A DNA stretch of 61,078 nucleotides, counting the filler, from Sphacelaria rigidula (Eukaryota), in NCBI GenBank assembly GCA_964200075.2. It is 9 parts of 9 records of this genome, joined end to end, with 100 filler letters (N's around TTAATTAATTAA, not from the genome) between each part and the next. Parts side by side here need not be neighbours in the genome. Positions count along the whole stretch, not along the records: positions 20,396 to 27,093 come from CAXNAA020018546.1; positions 27,194 to 33,890 come from CAXNAA020018547.1; positions 33,991 to 40,687 come from CAXNAA020018548.1; 6 more parts are not named here. One strand, written 5' to 3'. This document shows, one piece after another, positions 22,964 to 35,130 of the stretch. The position numbers and the translations under genes are program-made. Under the pieces are notes generated by a model. The model worked only from the letters and a program-made list of their open reading frames with translations, did not search any database and was not told where the DNA came from. How positions within the stretch are numbered: position 1 is the first letter of the stretch; each line of letters opens with the position of its first letter.

Positions 22964-23450
22964 ACTGTGGTATGATAGTTGAGGAAAAATATGGTTAGCT
23001 TCGTCATTCCGTGTTTATGTCTGGGCTGTCTCATGGTAGGTTGAGGATGGAAGATGGTTAGCTTAGTCATTCCATATCTATGCCTGGGCTGTCTCATGGT
23101 AGGTTAAAGAAAAAAAGAAAGTGAGCTTCGTTCTTCCAAGCCTATGTCCGGGCTCTATTATAGTAGGTTAAAGAAACAAAATGGTAAGCGTCGTTATTCC
23201 ATGTCCGGGCTGTGTTATGGTAGGTAAAAAAGGCCGGTTACCTTCTTCATTCCATGTCGATGGCCGGGCTGTGTCATGGTAGGTTAAAGAAAAGGATGGT
23301 TACCTACTTTATTCCATGCCCATATCCGGGCTCTGTCATGGTAGATTGAACAAAAATGTTTAGCCTCTACATTTCACGTCTATCTGGGTTGTGTTGTGGT
23401 AGATCGAAGGAAAATGACGGTTAGCTTCGTCATGTCATGCCCATGTCTAG

Positions 23451-23848
23451 CACACGCGGCCGTTTGGATACCCCAAAAAATCCCTTCACGCGAAAATTTA
23501 CCGCTCCAGGGGGGAAAGAAGCCCCTGGCGGTATTTAATCCCTCTTGAGGGTGGATACTATCCCCCTCCAGAGAGAGTAAACACCGCTAGGAGATTAGCT
23601 CACGCAAAGTCACTCTAGACGGAGGACGCTGGAGCCGTCCAGGAGGGGTTATGTGCACTTTGGAGGATCCAACACAGTATGAATTCCTTCCAGAGGTCAC
23701 TATTTCTCCAGCGGTGTGTCATCACTCTGGAGGAGTCAAAATTGACCCTTCCGGAGGGATTGACCACCCCCAGGGACTAGCCCGAACCCTCTGAAGAGGT
23801 CAACTTTCGTGTGGAGGGATTTTGGGGGTAGCCGAATGGCCGCGTGTG
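23451..23848. mobile_element. 398-bp MITE with CACAC termini (CMC/EnSpm-like)
   Basis: ~48-bp TIR CACACGCGGCCGTTTGGATACCCCAAAAAATCCCTTCACGCGAAAATT / AACTTTCGTGTGGAGGGATTTTTGGGGGTAGCCGAATGGCCGCGTGTG; splits a minisatellite unit. Confidence 0.85.
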
Positions 23849-24875
23849 GGCTGTGTTATGATAAGTGAAAGAAGCAGGGTGGTTAGCTTCGTTATTTCAT
23901 GTCTACGTCCGAGCTGCGCTATGGTAGGTTAAAGAAAAATGATGATTCGCTTCTCTACTGTATGTTTATGTCCGGGCTGTGTTCTGGTAGCTCACAGGAA
24001 AAACGATTATTAGTTTCTTCATTTCCTGTTCATGTCCGGGCTGTGTTGTGGTAGCTTGAAGGAAAAGGATTATTTGCTTTGTCGTTCCATGTCAATGTCC
24101 AAATTTTTTATAGTATGTTGAAGAAATGGATGTTTAGCTTCGTGACTTCACGTTCATGCCCGGGCTGTGTTCTAGTAGCGGGAAAGGGAAATAGAGAAGA
24201 CTGGAAAAAGGAAAAGGTAGAGAAGAACAACAAGAAACGGAGGAAACAGACAAAAAGGAGAAGGAGAACGAAGGAGTGACATCAGAAGAAATTGAAGAAC
24301 TAGGAAGAGAAAATATTATCAGCTTTGTTATACCATATCCACATCTAGTTCGCGCTTTTCTGGAGGGAACAAAGTTGATCCTCTGGGTCGTTGCATGTCT
24401 AGTGCGTCTGTCGGTCCGGGGAATCCTTTTGTCTAGTGGCGGGCTTCGGTATATGTACGGCGAACGTCTGTACACTTCATACCAAAGTCCTGGTGGCTTG
24501 TTTTACAGCACCGCTGCTACTCAACGCCAACCCAAGAGTCTAGAGGTGAGGGTGTACTCATGATTTTGCGTGCTTAGAGGTGAGGGGGCGGAGACTAAGG
24601 GAGAAGGGGGAGGGGGGGGGTTGAATCCACGTGAAAAGGGTCATGGGTGTGTAATACGACCGATAATAATCGCGATCCGCTTCAAGCCGTATGAATAGAG
24701 TGTTTTCCCTTGGAAAAAGCCGCGTTAGAGCAACCGTTCCTGCCTTCGTGGAAGAATGGCGCCAGTTCCCCCGATCGTAGGATGACTTCTTAATTCACGA
24801 TGGTTGGCACAATTTAATCCTAACCCTGACCCTAACCCTAGCTCTAATCCAAGACATGCCGAGAACCCTCGGTCT

Positions 24876-26806
24876 TGATTGATATGATTGATTGATTGTC
24901 GCTCCGACTGATCCGTCAGAGATTCAGCCGCGTTCACATGATAGACGTACCCGAGACAAAAATGGAAATGAAACATTCGCTGAAGAAAAGTGAAAGAAAA
25001 AACAGAAGAGGTAGAACATACCAACAGAGTAGACGAAGGGCCCATCTTATCGAAGGGGATTCCCCCCTTTCTCAAAATTCCTTTTTGGCACGGAATTGGA
25101 TCCATAACGACCAGTCTTGAGTCCTATCGAGAAGCAGGTTAGTGCAAATCGAACCCTAGATCTGCAGGCAAGTTCAGCAATACGGAAGGTCTGAAAGTGC
25201 TCGTTAGTACAAGCTCTCTGTAATGGTACGGAGAAGACGCAACAAGGCAACACAACACCTACAAACCCAGCCCCGAGAAGACACACACAGACACCCACCA
25301 GCCATGCGCATTAGTTCCGCCACTAGCCTTTATTAATCTACACACGGCTCTGAATTGGACGAATGGCGGCCGTATGCGTGTTAAAAACAATCTAAATCAT
25401 GTCGGTGTCGCCTGACCGTTTGTAAGCGTGTGCTGTGCCCGCTTCTCACACAAATCATCCTTTCTCAATGAGTTTTGAACATATTCGAGCAAGGTCAGGC
25501 ACAACGCGCACAGCAGATGAGCTGCGTGTTTCTTGTGTGCGGAGGCACCAAGTTCCTCAGATTCAGCTCTGATTGTTTTGGGCTCTGTGCTGGTAAGCCT
25601 TTGTTTGTACCCCTCTAAACAGGACATGCATGTCCCCCTCCGAGGTGTCCAGAAACGCCCTTTTCAAAAGGGGTCTACCCAAAAGAAGGGATTTCTGGGC
25701 ATGTTCTGGGGATATTCTTGGGGGGGGGGGGGTATCGCTGCGACCAATCAAGGGTCGTTTTTCGAAAAGGGGTTTTTCAGAAAAGGGAAAATCCCCTTCG
25801 ATAAGAAGAAGCCTAAGGTCGCCTCGCTTCAATTCGTGTTGAGAACGTGCCTTCAAATCGCATTCGCTCGGGCGTATCCGATATTCGCACTTTAGTTGTT
25901 TTTTCAGATGATCGACGACGTGAATGCCGTGGACGTATCCGGTACGAGCACATTCGATCCCACCACGCGGTTTCGGCACGAAAAAAAATCGGAAAAGAAA
26001 AGAAAAGAAGGAACAGAGAACCAGAGAAAAAAAAAAGAAGCCAGCCTCTGCTACATGACTTCGGTGGAAAAGGTCTTGCTCAGAAACCATTGCGTGACAG
26101 TCACACACCATCGATTGTAGAGAACGAGGCCATGGGAAAACATTTCTGCTCATCTACTACGACCTCACTATTTTGGGTATGAAAACTCTCATCCATGGAC
26201 CCTACGTGAGCGAGGCACCAAACTACTCTGGTATGTACTGGCAGGAAAGAGCACAGGAATGGAGAGGAAGATGGGGAACGGGAAAACAGGGAAGAAGGTT
26301 TGAGGGACGGACAAGGAAAGACTCAACTGCTCATGAAGACAGACAGGATTCTCCGATTGGCGGCTTTCTAGAGAGCAACCTCTCGTTTGTGACAGCGGTC
26401 TGACTATCGTTTGTCATCGCGTCGCCACGTGTCCTCAAACTCTTCCGCTCCTTTTTCGACTCAAAGATGTCATTCGCCCTTTTTTTTTTGCCGCGGTGAC
26501 CCAATCGTATCCATCCTTAACCAACCTTTACACCGGAGATGAACCATTTCCGTCGCGCTCCTTAGTGCAGAACTTTCCCCAGTGCAAGTAGGTTCTCCTG
26601 GAGGTTTTCCTCTCAGCGTTTGGGGAGCGGCCAGCCTCCATGGGTCCTTGCACGGTTAATCGTCCGTTCATGGTGCGTTTGGGAAAGAGTGTTTCCTTCT
26701 GCCGGAGAGGGCGGACAAGATCTTCCGCGAACCAGAGTCATCTCGGAACATACGTTCGCAGTTGGTCATCTCAAGCACCGCTCTGTATGGAAGAGTCTTG
26801 TAGCCA
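24876..26806 (-). mobile_element. 5'-truncated RTE LINE, interrupted by a TIR element
   Basis: Decayed GYKTLPYRAVLEMTNCER..FPKRTMNGRLTVQGP..ENLQENLLALG..ARRKWF..VKDGYDWVTAAK (RTE C-terminal region). 3' UTR is homologous to 1-878; (AATC)n tail at 24876-24898. Confidence 0.75.
25046..25805. mobile_element. 760-bp non-autonomous TIR element
   Basis: TIR CTTATCGAAGGGGATTCCCCCCTTTCTCAAAA / TTTTCAGAAAAGGGAAAATCCCCTTCGATAAG; no clean TSD. Confidence 0.75.
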
Positions 26807-26817
26807 TTTCAATCCGC

Positions 26818-26953
26818 AGGGGGAGAGAAGGGGAAGGCGTACTCATTTTTTGCTTGCCTCAGTCGTTTGACCGTCGACCACGCATCCCTTTCGAGACGGA
26901 GCACCGTTCCTACTCCTAGAAGAGACGCCCCCAACATTCCGGCGCTCACTACG
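26818..26953 (+). repeat. Poly-G/GTACTCAT repeat family, type 1
   Basis: GGCGTACTCATTTTTTGCTTGCCTCAGTCGTTTGACC..CGAGACGGAGCACCG, collinear with 50485-50603. Confidence 0.85.
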
Positions 26954-27093
26954 TGCATTTCATACATTACACAAAAACCTTTTACATATCTTATCACCGT
27001 CCTGTGTCGCCGTCTGTGGCCACCATCTATCTCCTAGTATAGCCATCGTTTTCTCCCTTCTGTCTAATGCATCAAGCGATTTCATGCCACCTT

Positions 27094-27193
27094 NNNNNNN
27101 NNNNNNNNNNNNNNNNNNNNNNNNNNNNNNNNNNNNNTTAATTAATTAANNNNNNNNNNNNNNNNNNNNNNNNNNNNNNNNNNNNNNNNNNNN
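27094..27193. other. Artificial contig spacer
   Basis: N44-TTAATTAATTAA-N44. Confidence 0.98.
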
Positions 27194-28711
27194 CCCCCCC
27201 CCTCCTATGACTATGGCATGCATGATCATGAGTACCCCCCCCCCCCCCGTCCCCGTCCCCGCCCTGATTAAAATGAAGATTGTCTGTACTGAGCTTGATA
27301 TTGCACGAAGATGAAGTCAAAACGACTTTTTTCGCCTGCGCCAGGACCCACACTTACTACCCGGAGTGGGGATTTCGGCTTGGGTTGCCCCGAAACCTGG
27401 CGGTCGCGGCGTAACTTCTGTACAATATACCGCAACCCCTTGTTGGCTCCGCCATCACACCGCTAATATTTGGCATTATTGCATTGGTAAAGCTGATCGA
27501 CACGCAGCCCTACTTGGTTCTTGTGCGCGCCCTGTATTCCTGTTCCTCTCAACTGTAGGGTCCCGAAGTGGTTCGTTCTTCGAGAGTTTTCACCTACGGT
27601 GAAATCGGTAAAAAATGATGAAAGTTGGGTCTAAAATGATGGAAGTTGGGACGATACTTGTGCGAGGAGGATGTAAAACTGATGGTCTGACACTCACTTT
27701 TTCTTGAAGAAAATGGCGTGTTTCGGACGTGGGCGTTAGCAGAGTTGATCCAAAACTGTTATAGCTTGGCACACGGTGTAGATCACTCGTCCTTCCACTC
27801 ACTCAGCCAGCTACGGTGAAGGATAACAATATAATCTGCCAGGCATTTTGTTGAGATTGTTCTAGTCTGACAGAAACGTGATACGAAGTATACAAGATGA
27901 GGTACAATGAAAGTGTACTGCACGACTTACTGTTGCTCTACTGTACAGTGCCCACTTGAGCACATTTGAGGCTGAACGTTCAACTTCCGTGCCTTCACTC
28001 AAGCCAGTACAGACAATCTAGTGTATTGTCGTCTGTTGTGCACCACAGACAGAACAACAGTAAGGTGTTTGTTGCTGCGAAACCCTACATCACGAAATAT
28101 GTCGCTGCACTTCGTCAAACCCACAATCGTATCTCGAGCCATGCAGACCTGATCCCAGAATGGAAGTGGGCACGCAATCTTCTTCTCATCGCAGGGTGAA
28201 GTTTAGTGTGGTTCTGTTCATGGTAAAAATAGACTCTTCTGCCACGTGTTTGTGTTGAAGTCACGCCAAGTGATATCCCTGAAGCCCCGGCAGCTGCCGC
28301 TCTACTGTGCATTCCGGGTCTCGCCACGGTCTGTGTGACGCCGCGCAAATCAATCGAGTTGTCAAAGACATGGATACTCCGCCCTCTGTCCTCAAAGTCT
28401 TGGGTGAATCGCCTCGCATAGTGCACGGTGGCTAGCCGAAGATGAGCACCTGATCTCCGCACCTGTCACACAACCACTTGTTCGACAACCGAACTTGATC
28501 ACGATGTATGAATATGTATCCCGAAAGCAAGGACACTTGAAAAAGCCTCACGTATTTTTTACAGTCATGTGGATTGATTGTAACATGGATGTCTACACGC
28601 GAGTCGTGCGTCATGTCATGAAATCCCTCCATTTTGCGCACTCACTGTACGGTTGGTACGCTGCACCAAGGCGTTAGCGGGTGTTGTCGTACGGTTGTAC
28701 ACGTCCAAATA

Positions 28712-28795
28712 CCGACTGTCGCACTTTAACCGAACCCCCAGGGACCCAGCCGTGGTGACATGATGGACGTTCCCGAGACGAAACAAAACTGAAAG
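28712..28795 (-). mobile_element. RTE-type 3' terminus only
   Basis: Minus strand GTCTCGGGAACGTCCATCATGTCACCACGGCTGGGTCCCTGGGGGTTCGGTTAAAGTGCGAC matches the tails at ~775-840, ~14565-14632 and ~24898-24960. Confidence 0.7.
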
Positions 28796-29382
28796 TAGTG
28801 AACTGTGGTGTGATTGCATGGGACCAGTAGAGCAGTAGCTGCGGCAAACGACAAGGTCCAAAGCAAGAGTAAAAAGCTGCTACAATACAGGTTAGCCGTT
28901 GTAGAGCATGTTTACCCAAATTCACCGGGTCATAATTCCAGCTCCCTGTTACACGCAGAGTTCGCACTGTATTTTCTCCCTGGATAGGAGCATGTAATTG
29001 CATGGCATGTACCTTGGGTTTACCAAGCGGAGTGTTTGTTTCACCTGGATGGCACCCGGCACCGATGGATACAGACTGCACTGGCGAAAGCGTCCCACCG
29101 GAATATGTTGTGACGGCAAAAGAGAGAAAAATGCTCGAGCGTTAGAGTGTGGCCGCCCCAGGGATTCGTTCGTACACTCGCTTCCTCCAGCGCCCGGAAT
29201 CTTCGGTGTTGATACAGTCACATACAGGGTCAACACCTACCACAAAGACCAGCAGGCCACCGGATCAGCTCCATAAAATATAAAATATTCCTTGGTTTTT
29301 GGGGTTCGCAGGACCACTCTTTTACCACTGCCAACTCTAGCGTTCCGAACGCGTTGTGACTATATTCGTCACGTTTGTGCAG

Positions 29383-29532
29383 GTGCATCAGGAACACCTG
29401 CTTCCCGAAAATGTGGATTACTGCCAGGCGTTGAAAGCACGATATAACGACTACAACTACAAAGACCTCATGAACACTACCTTCGGGCTAGTTCCAGGGG
29501 GTAGATCGCAGGGCACGTACCGCTTGGCCGAG
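29383..29532 (+). CDS. Exon of an exostosin-like glycosyltransferase (GT47)
   Basis: TGCAG acceptor and GAG|GTAAGA donor; 150 nt. YKDLMNTTFGLVPGGRSQGTYRLAE matches the GT47 motif F.L.P.G....S.RL.E. Confidence 0.85.
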
Positions 29533-30766
29533 GTAAGATCTGCAGCTTCGATACTCTTTTGTTTCTTGTTCCACATTGCATGTCAACTGATTTTGCTGTT
29601 GTAAGTAACGGGGGGGCATATGGTTGTCAACCTCTTGTAGGGCGCCCCTATCGGCGGGGGTGGCGGGTGGCCTGCTTCACTTTTGTAATCCACTGTCAAG
29701 TATATGCCGGCCGCTGCTTCCACTGTTGGGCGCATGCACCGCGATGAAGCAACCACCTTGAATTATTGGACTCGCTGTTGTTCCCCGTTCGTTGGAGGTG
29801 AGGGCGGGAAATGCAGTCGTTCGATGATCTGCTGGCCGAAAATTCAGACAGGTCTGGCTCAGTCCACCATAATGACAACGAATTTTACTAGAGAGTGGTG
29901 ACGGTTGTGCGGTAGCCTGTATCCTTCCCCATGTTTATCTAGCCTATGGTATGACCACGGGAGCCAGTAGTGCCTCCTGCCGTTGGAACAGAAGCTGTGT
30001 CGTGGCTACATCCGCTTCACGTTGCGAGCAGTGTTGACGTTCATCTTCCCTCTCGAGCTTCTATTTGCGCCAGTGTCGCGTTTGTAGAGATTCGCTCGTC
30101 GGGTATGTTGATTTGATGGATGACTTGGGTGACATGAACACGAACTCATGCGCAACGAATCCAGCCGTGGTCGACAATACACACGTTCATTACTCACGGT
30201 AGATGGAAAAAACTAGTGGTCAAACTCAAGGAAAGAGGCAAAACGAAGGAAAAAGCGAGACAAAGTAAAGTGACATTGGCGTCAAGGCTCGCCGAGTGAT
30301 ATCGGTCCCAAGGCAATATCCCAACACGCCCATGTCATGGCGTCAGGTGAGGAGACCGGAAATCGAGGCCGTGAAAATAATTTCGATCTAGCGACCATCT
30401 GGAGACGATGCTCTTCAGCGAGAATTCTCAGCCGCTAACTCTGTAGGACGGAGGCACCAACACCGATACGGCAGGATTATGATGAAACATGAGAAAAATG
30501 AACGAGAAAAAGCCGAGGGAGTGAGCGTTGAACACGAAACAGAACGACAGTATAGAGTCAGAGTTTCAAGCGAAGGAAGGCAGCAATCCACAAGATGAGA
30601 CAGTAGGACAGTGGTATTACAAGATGCGAAACTCAGGAGTAATGTACGGACTGCCACAGCAGCCATGACACTTGAGCATAACGGCTGGTCAAGTAGCCTC
30701 CAAGCACTGCACCTCCACGCTAAATCTGTGATCCCAACATGCTCTTCCCTACAACACGTGCTTCAG

Positions 30767-30937
30767 GTGATGAGTGCAGGGGCTATTCCCGTGTTTATCG
30801 GGAGGGATATCGTTCGACCGTTCCGAGAGCAGATCCCATGGCCTTTGTTTTCATTCATCTTCACGCCCGACGAAGCCGAAACTGTGATGTTGCCGACCCT
30901 TAAGGCTGTGTCACCCGAAAGTCTGGAGAAAATGCAG
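30767..30937 (+). CDS. Next exon of the exostosin-like GT47 gene
   Basis: TTCAG acceptor and CAG|GTGCGT donor; 171 nt. VMSAGAIPVFIGRDIVRPFREQIPWPLFSF..LEKMQ matches G.IPV....PF...I.W. Confidence 0.85.
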
Positions 30938-32776
30938 GTGCGTTGACGGCGAAGGGATCCGTCCATCGTCGGGACCCTCCCTTTTTCCGACTACTGCAGT
31001 CAAATAACGATAATCCCCCGCTTATTGTACCACAAGTTGGAACGGCCACACCATGGATTACATGGTAGACCTTCTCGCGTGTGAAGAGTGGTTTGGGTTG
31101 CACTGCAGCACTGGCTGTCAAAATACGTGCCAGTGGAGCAGCTACAAGAAAACCATGTGCGTTTCGTGTCCCTGAGTTCGTGTTGGCGGCTACAGCGTCT
31201 ACATCGTGAGATGTTATTTGATCTGTGGGATCAGTTTTGCCGTACCACTCCATGAGCTGAGTTTATCAAATGGAGATGTACGTGACCTCATCATCCCACG
31301 GAAGTGAACGGCTCGCCGTTAATGGGGCGGGGCTGCCAATGACGCAAGCTGGGCCAAGAGTGCCGCGCTACTTCTGACGTGCTCAGTCAAAGGGTATGCA
31401 ATTCAAGCTTGCTCTATCGCCGGGATCGCTCGGAGGCCTCCCCAGCTTCTATACTACAACAACGAATGTTCTAGCGGCGACAACGCCTCTCAAACCGCTT
31501 GTGAACGTTGTGTTGTGTAGTGGAACACGAGTGGACACTCGTACAACCACCGCAATCTTCGCGACACAACTCATGTACTGGTACTTCTTTCCGTAGAAGA
31601 AGAGTCCTTGTTTCGCGTACATTGAACGCGCTTCTCCATGGAGGATGACAGCGTGAGAAAATCGCTGAGTGAGAGCCATGTTCGTATGGCGAGAACCAAG
31701 CGTTGGTACGTGAGATCCCTTCGAAATGCCGAAAGTACAGGCGTTTTTATGCCTCAGTGTAAAACTGCGACATTCCAACAGCATCGCTATATTTGAACTT
31801 GGGTAAGTGGAACGCTGCTGTGCCATCTTCGTTTGCGTGCGCGTGATCCTCAGCGCGATACTCGACAGGCCTACATGGAGATTTATGGTGATAACCCGGG
31901 TCATGGCCAGACGCGAGCATATGCGCATATATCTCGTAATGTCATTCGTGAGCTGATTAGCCGCATTGGCCACCAGTGATGAGGGTGAACCGCGCGTGGT
32001 GAGGGCAATGACACAGGAATACACGTATGACCGTGGTGGACCACGCCAAGCGTGCTGCTGCTTGGAGATGACCAAGAGTTGTTTGAGGGAAAGCCATGGG
32101 CGGGGGCATGATCAATGTAGGTAAATATCCGAGCGGGTCCTGTCAACGATGTCGATTCTCACGCATAGCGTGAGCGCAGAGGTGCACGCAGTTTTCTGAT
32201 TGGCCAAAGATGAAGTTATGAGATCTGATCGGCCGATATTCCTTGGTCGATAGCTGACGTCAATCATGACCCTTTGGAGCGGAGGGATTGTTTGAGACGG
32301 ATGGCCTGAGGCGATGAATTTTGTTATTTGGTGATTTTTTTTTTCACTTGCGGGGGTTTTGTGCCAAGTTTTGAGGAAAAAAGATTTTCCTAGATACTCA
32401 CAAGTACCTCGTGAATAAATGTCATGGTTCCACATGAGCAGAGACTTTGATCTGGTGACGCTTCCTGTGAGCTGGCCTTCGCAGCGTAATATGTGTATGC
32501 AGTAGCTCACAGTGACTTAAAAGGTAAGAAAAATCAGCTGTATGTACAACACTGATGAGGAAACTTGGCCTACAAATTAAGGGTCGCCCTTAGGGTCTCG
32601 GCTTAGCTGTACGAGTCCCGTGGCCCGTCCTTGTCATGAGACGATGATGTCCCGAAATCTGTCATGACTACGTGGCCAGAGAGTCAATGGCAGCAGAGAG
32701 GAAGTTATCAGTTATCCAAAGGAGAGCGGCCAAAACTGAGGTGAGGAACAGGGGATGACAGTCTTCCCGCAAAGGT

Positions 32777-32988
32777 GAAACTCAAATATCATCGGGCGAT
32801 AGAAAACCGGAAACAAGACAAAAAACGCGCAGGGAAATCCTGACCGGTAACCCGGTTTCATCGAACCTTCACCAATCAACGTAGTACTGAAACTCAAGCG
32901 TCATCGGCCGATAGAAAACCGGAAACTAAGACAAGAAACGCGCAGGGAAATATCTGGTGAAATCCTAACCGGTAACCCGGTTTCATCG
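32777..32988. repeat. Two-copy tandem duplication (~110 bp)
   Basis: TGAAACTCAA..TCATCGG.CGATAGAAAACCGGAAAC..ACGCGCAGGGAAAT..ACCGGTAACCCGGTTTCATCGA occurs twice. Confidence 0.9.
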
Positions 32989-33809
32989 AGAGAGATGCCC
33001 ACAGCTATATCTCCCAGCACTTGGCCTAGTGGGGAAGCATGGACTCATCAGCGGGTAGTACGGACCAGCGCCTTCCGGCACGGTGGCCATCACGCGCAAG
33101 GTGCGTGGGCGTTGTAGCACGATCGAAACGCGGACCGTGTCTCCCACGAGGGAAAACGGCAGCAGCAGCAGCAGCAGTATCGGCACCGGCTGATTCAGAC
33201 CCACCCCCAGCCGCGTACATCTACTGGCAAGAACGACGCTGCTGATACTGCTGCTATTGCTTCTTCTCCTTGTTGGGTGTCGATGCAAGGCACATGAGAC
33301 GTGCTAATCGCAGCACGTTTAAAGTTTATTGAACGCTGTCTGTACAATGGATACATGCTAATCATGGTGGCTGAACCCTCAGTGCACCGCGAAACAATGC
33401 GGGTAGAATGTACCAGCGGCGATCACCTGATGGCGTTCTTGTCTGCAACGCGACCGCTATCAATCGCAAGCACATGATTACGTGCTCCCATGCCTCCAGC
33501 CAACATAGCTTTGTGCAAGTTGCCTAAGTCGAGTTTTTGACAAAAAAAGCTATGTCCAAGTCCAGTCCGGTGCAGGTAAATGTATTTTTGGCCCTGTGTG
33601 TAGCAGGCGCGTTTCTCCTGCGCTACATGACCGTTTGCGCTCCACGATGGCTTCAACGGTGGCTACGGAATGTGTGAGTGTATTGCAGCTGCTGTGGTGT
33701 CAATGCAAGGCATATCGGACGAGCGCGGACAGGTATTCCAATCCCTGGAGGTGGACGTAATCTATGTCTAACTTGAGACTTGGACATAGCTCATGATCAC
33801 CTCCAGTCG

Positions 33810-33890
33810 GTTGTTGTTGTTGTCTTCACATTGAAAAGTCGTTCCGGTATCTGCGCAGTGCTGTACTGGGCATCTGACTCGGACGTCTTC
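33810..33890 (-). mobile_element. 3' end of a second non-LTR family with an (AAC)n tail
   Basis: TCAGATGCCCAGTAC..AGATA.CGGAACG.TTT.AATGTGAAGACAA(CAA)n, shared with 37755-37864. Confidence 0.65.
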
Positions 33891-33990
33891 NNNNNNNNNN
33901 NNNNNNNNNNNNNNNNNNNNNNNNNNNNNNNNNNTTAATTAATTAANNNNNNNNNNNNNNNNNNNNNNNNNNNNNNNNNNNNNNNNNNNN
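33891..33990. other. Artificial contig spacer
   Basis: N44-TTAATTAATTAA-N44. Confidence 0.98.
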
Positions 33991-34028
33991 CCCCCCCCCA
34001 TCTTGTCCACCAGCTACCGAGAGCTCAC

Positions 34029-34486
34029 CAAAAAATCGGGTGCAATACACAGCCGCCTGTGTGCTTTTTCTAATGAGACAAGCGTGGAGGCATCTGCCTC
34101 AACATCAATTGTACGCGCGCACATCAACCGACCTCTCAGGCAGTCCCCGGAGCCTACACAAACGTTACGCCGGGAAATTGGGAACACTCGCACTTCCCAT
34201 CCTACTGCGGAGACACTTCCATCACCGCGCTCCGGTGATCTGATGGCCACTACTGACAACAGGTACGGCGGAATAAGGCGGATACTAACCACCCGACAGA
34301 CACTTGTTTTTTCTTCTGAATAATTCTCTAGCTTCCGCTTTAAAAATGCCAGAACGTGAGTAGCAGAGAAAATGTGTTTGACGATTGTCAAGGCGGTGCG
34401 GGAGAGCTGATCCAACCCACGGCACCGGTAGACGTGTACAGGGGGAGACATACAGTGGATAGACTCCTCGAGATTACGGGCTCGTC
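34029..34486 (-). CDS. Putative exon of the orphan multi-exon gene in contig 6
   Basis: Strong CCCTCCCCTTCCTCAG acceptor, open frame RARNLEESIH...CIAPDFL and a TTG|GTGAGC donor. Confidence 0.4.
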
Positions 34487-34962
34487 CTGAGGAAGGGGAG
34501 GGAGTAAGCATGAGACGAGAACAGATGTGTATATATCCCACCTGCAAACATCCCCTTATATCTTGAAAACGTCTTGGTGCGATCAAGCCCTTCTTCGAGA
34601 AGATATTTCGTCCAGGGCGGGCGCTCCGTTTCAACGTCCTTAGTGGCGCCGTGCTCAACTCTATATTGAGAACGGTTGAGTAGGATATGACGAGCGTCAA
34701 TTCCGTGTCCTAGAACTATGGTGACGACAAGAAGGATTTCGATAAGTTAGCCCTCTGACCTGCGGCGAGCTCGAGGGGGGTGGAAGGGTTAGTGCGGCAG
34801 TATCCCGTATATTGAGTTCAAGTGACAGAGCATTTGTATTACCATGCATGCATGGACTCAAGGTGACTAGCTTATTTCGCCGCCGGACGGTCAGTCCGTC
34901 AGTATTGTCATCATCCACCCGACTCTGGACTCTGTGCAGAATACAACGCATGACTCATGTAC

Positions 34963-35130
34963 CTATCTCTGTTTGACCCCGCTGCCTTGGAGCCCCGGCC
35001 TCCATGTCCTATTGCACTGTCCGATACCCCCTCGGCTGAGCTCTGGAGTAAATCGTTCCGGTCCATAAGACCGACTACTCGGTCGAAATTTCGAGGAAAT
35101 TCGACGGCCGGTGTACCATCCTCGCTGACC
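34963..35130 (-). CDS. Putative exon of the orphan gene (VSEDGTPAVEFPRNFDRVVGLMDRNDLL...)
   Basis: Long pyrimidine tract plus TTTTCAG acceptor and AG|GTACAT donor; 168 nt, phase 2/2. Confidence 0.5.
   Translation of the reverse strand, partial: GQRGWYTGRRISSKFRPSSRSYGPERFTPELSRGGIGQCNRTWRPGLQGSGVKQR

Larger units (their letters stand above)
20461..24190. repeat. ~59-bp minisatellite array interrupted by three TIR elements
   Basis: Unit approximately CATGTCTATGTCCGGGCTGTGTTATGGTAGGTTAAAGAAAAAGATGGTTAGCTTCGTTATTC, in blocks 20461-20515, 20769-20920, 22964-23450 and 23849-24190. Confidence 0.9.
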
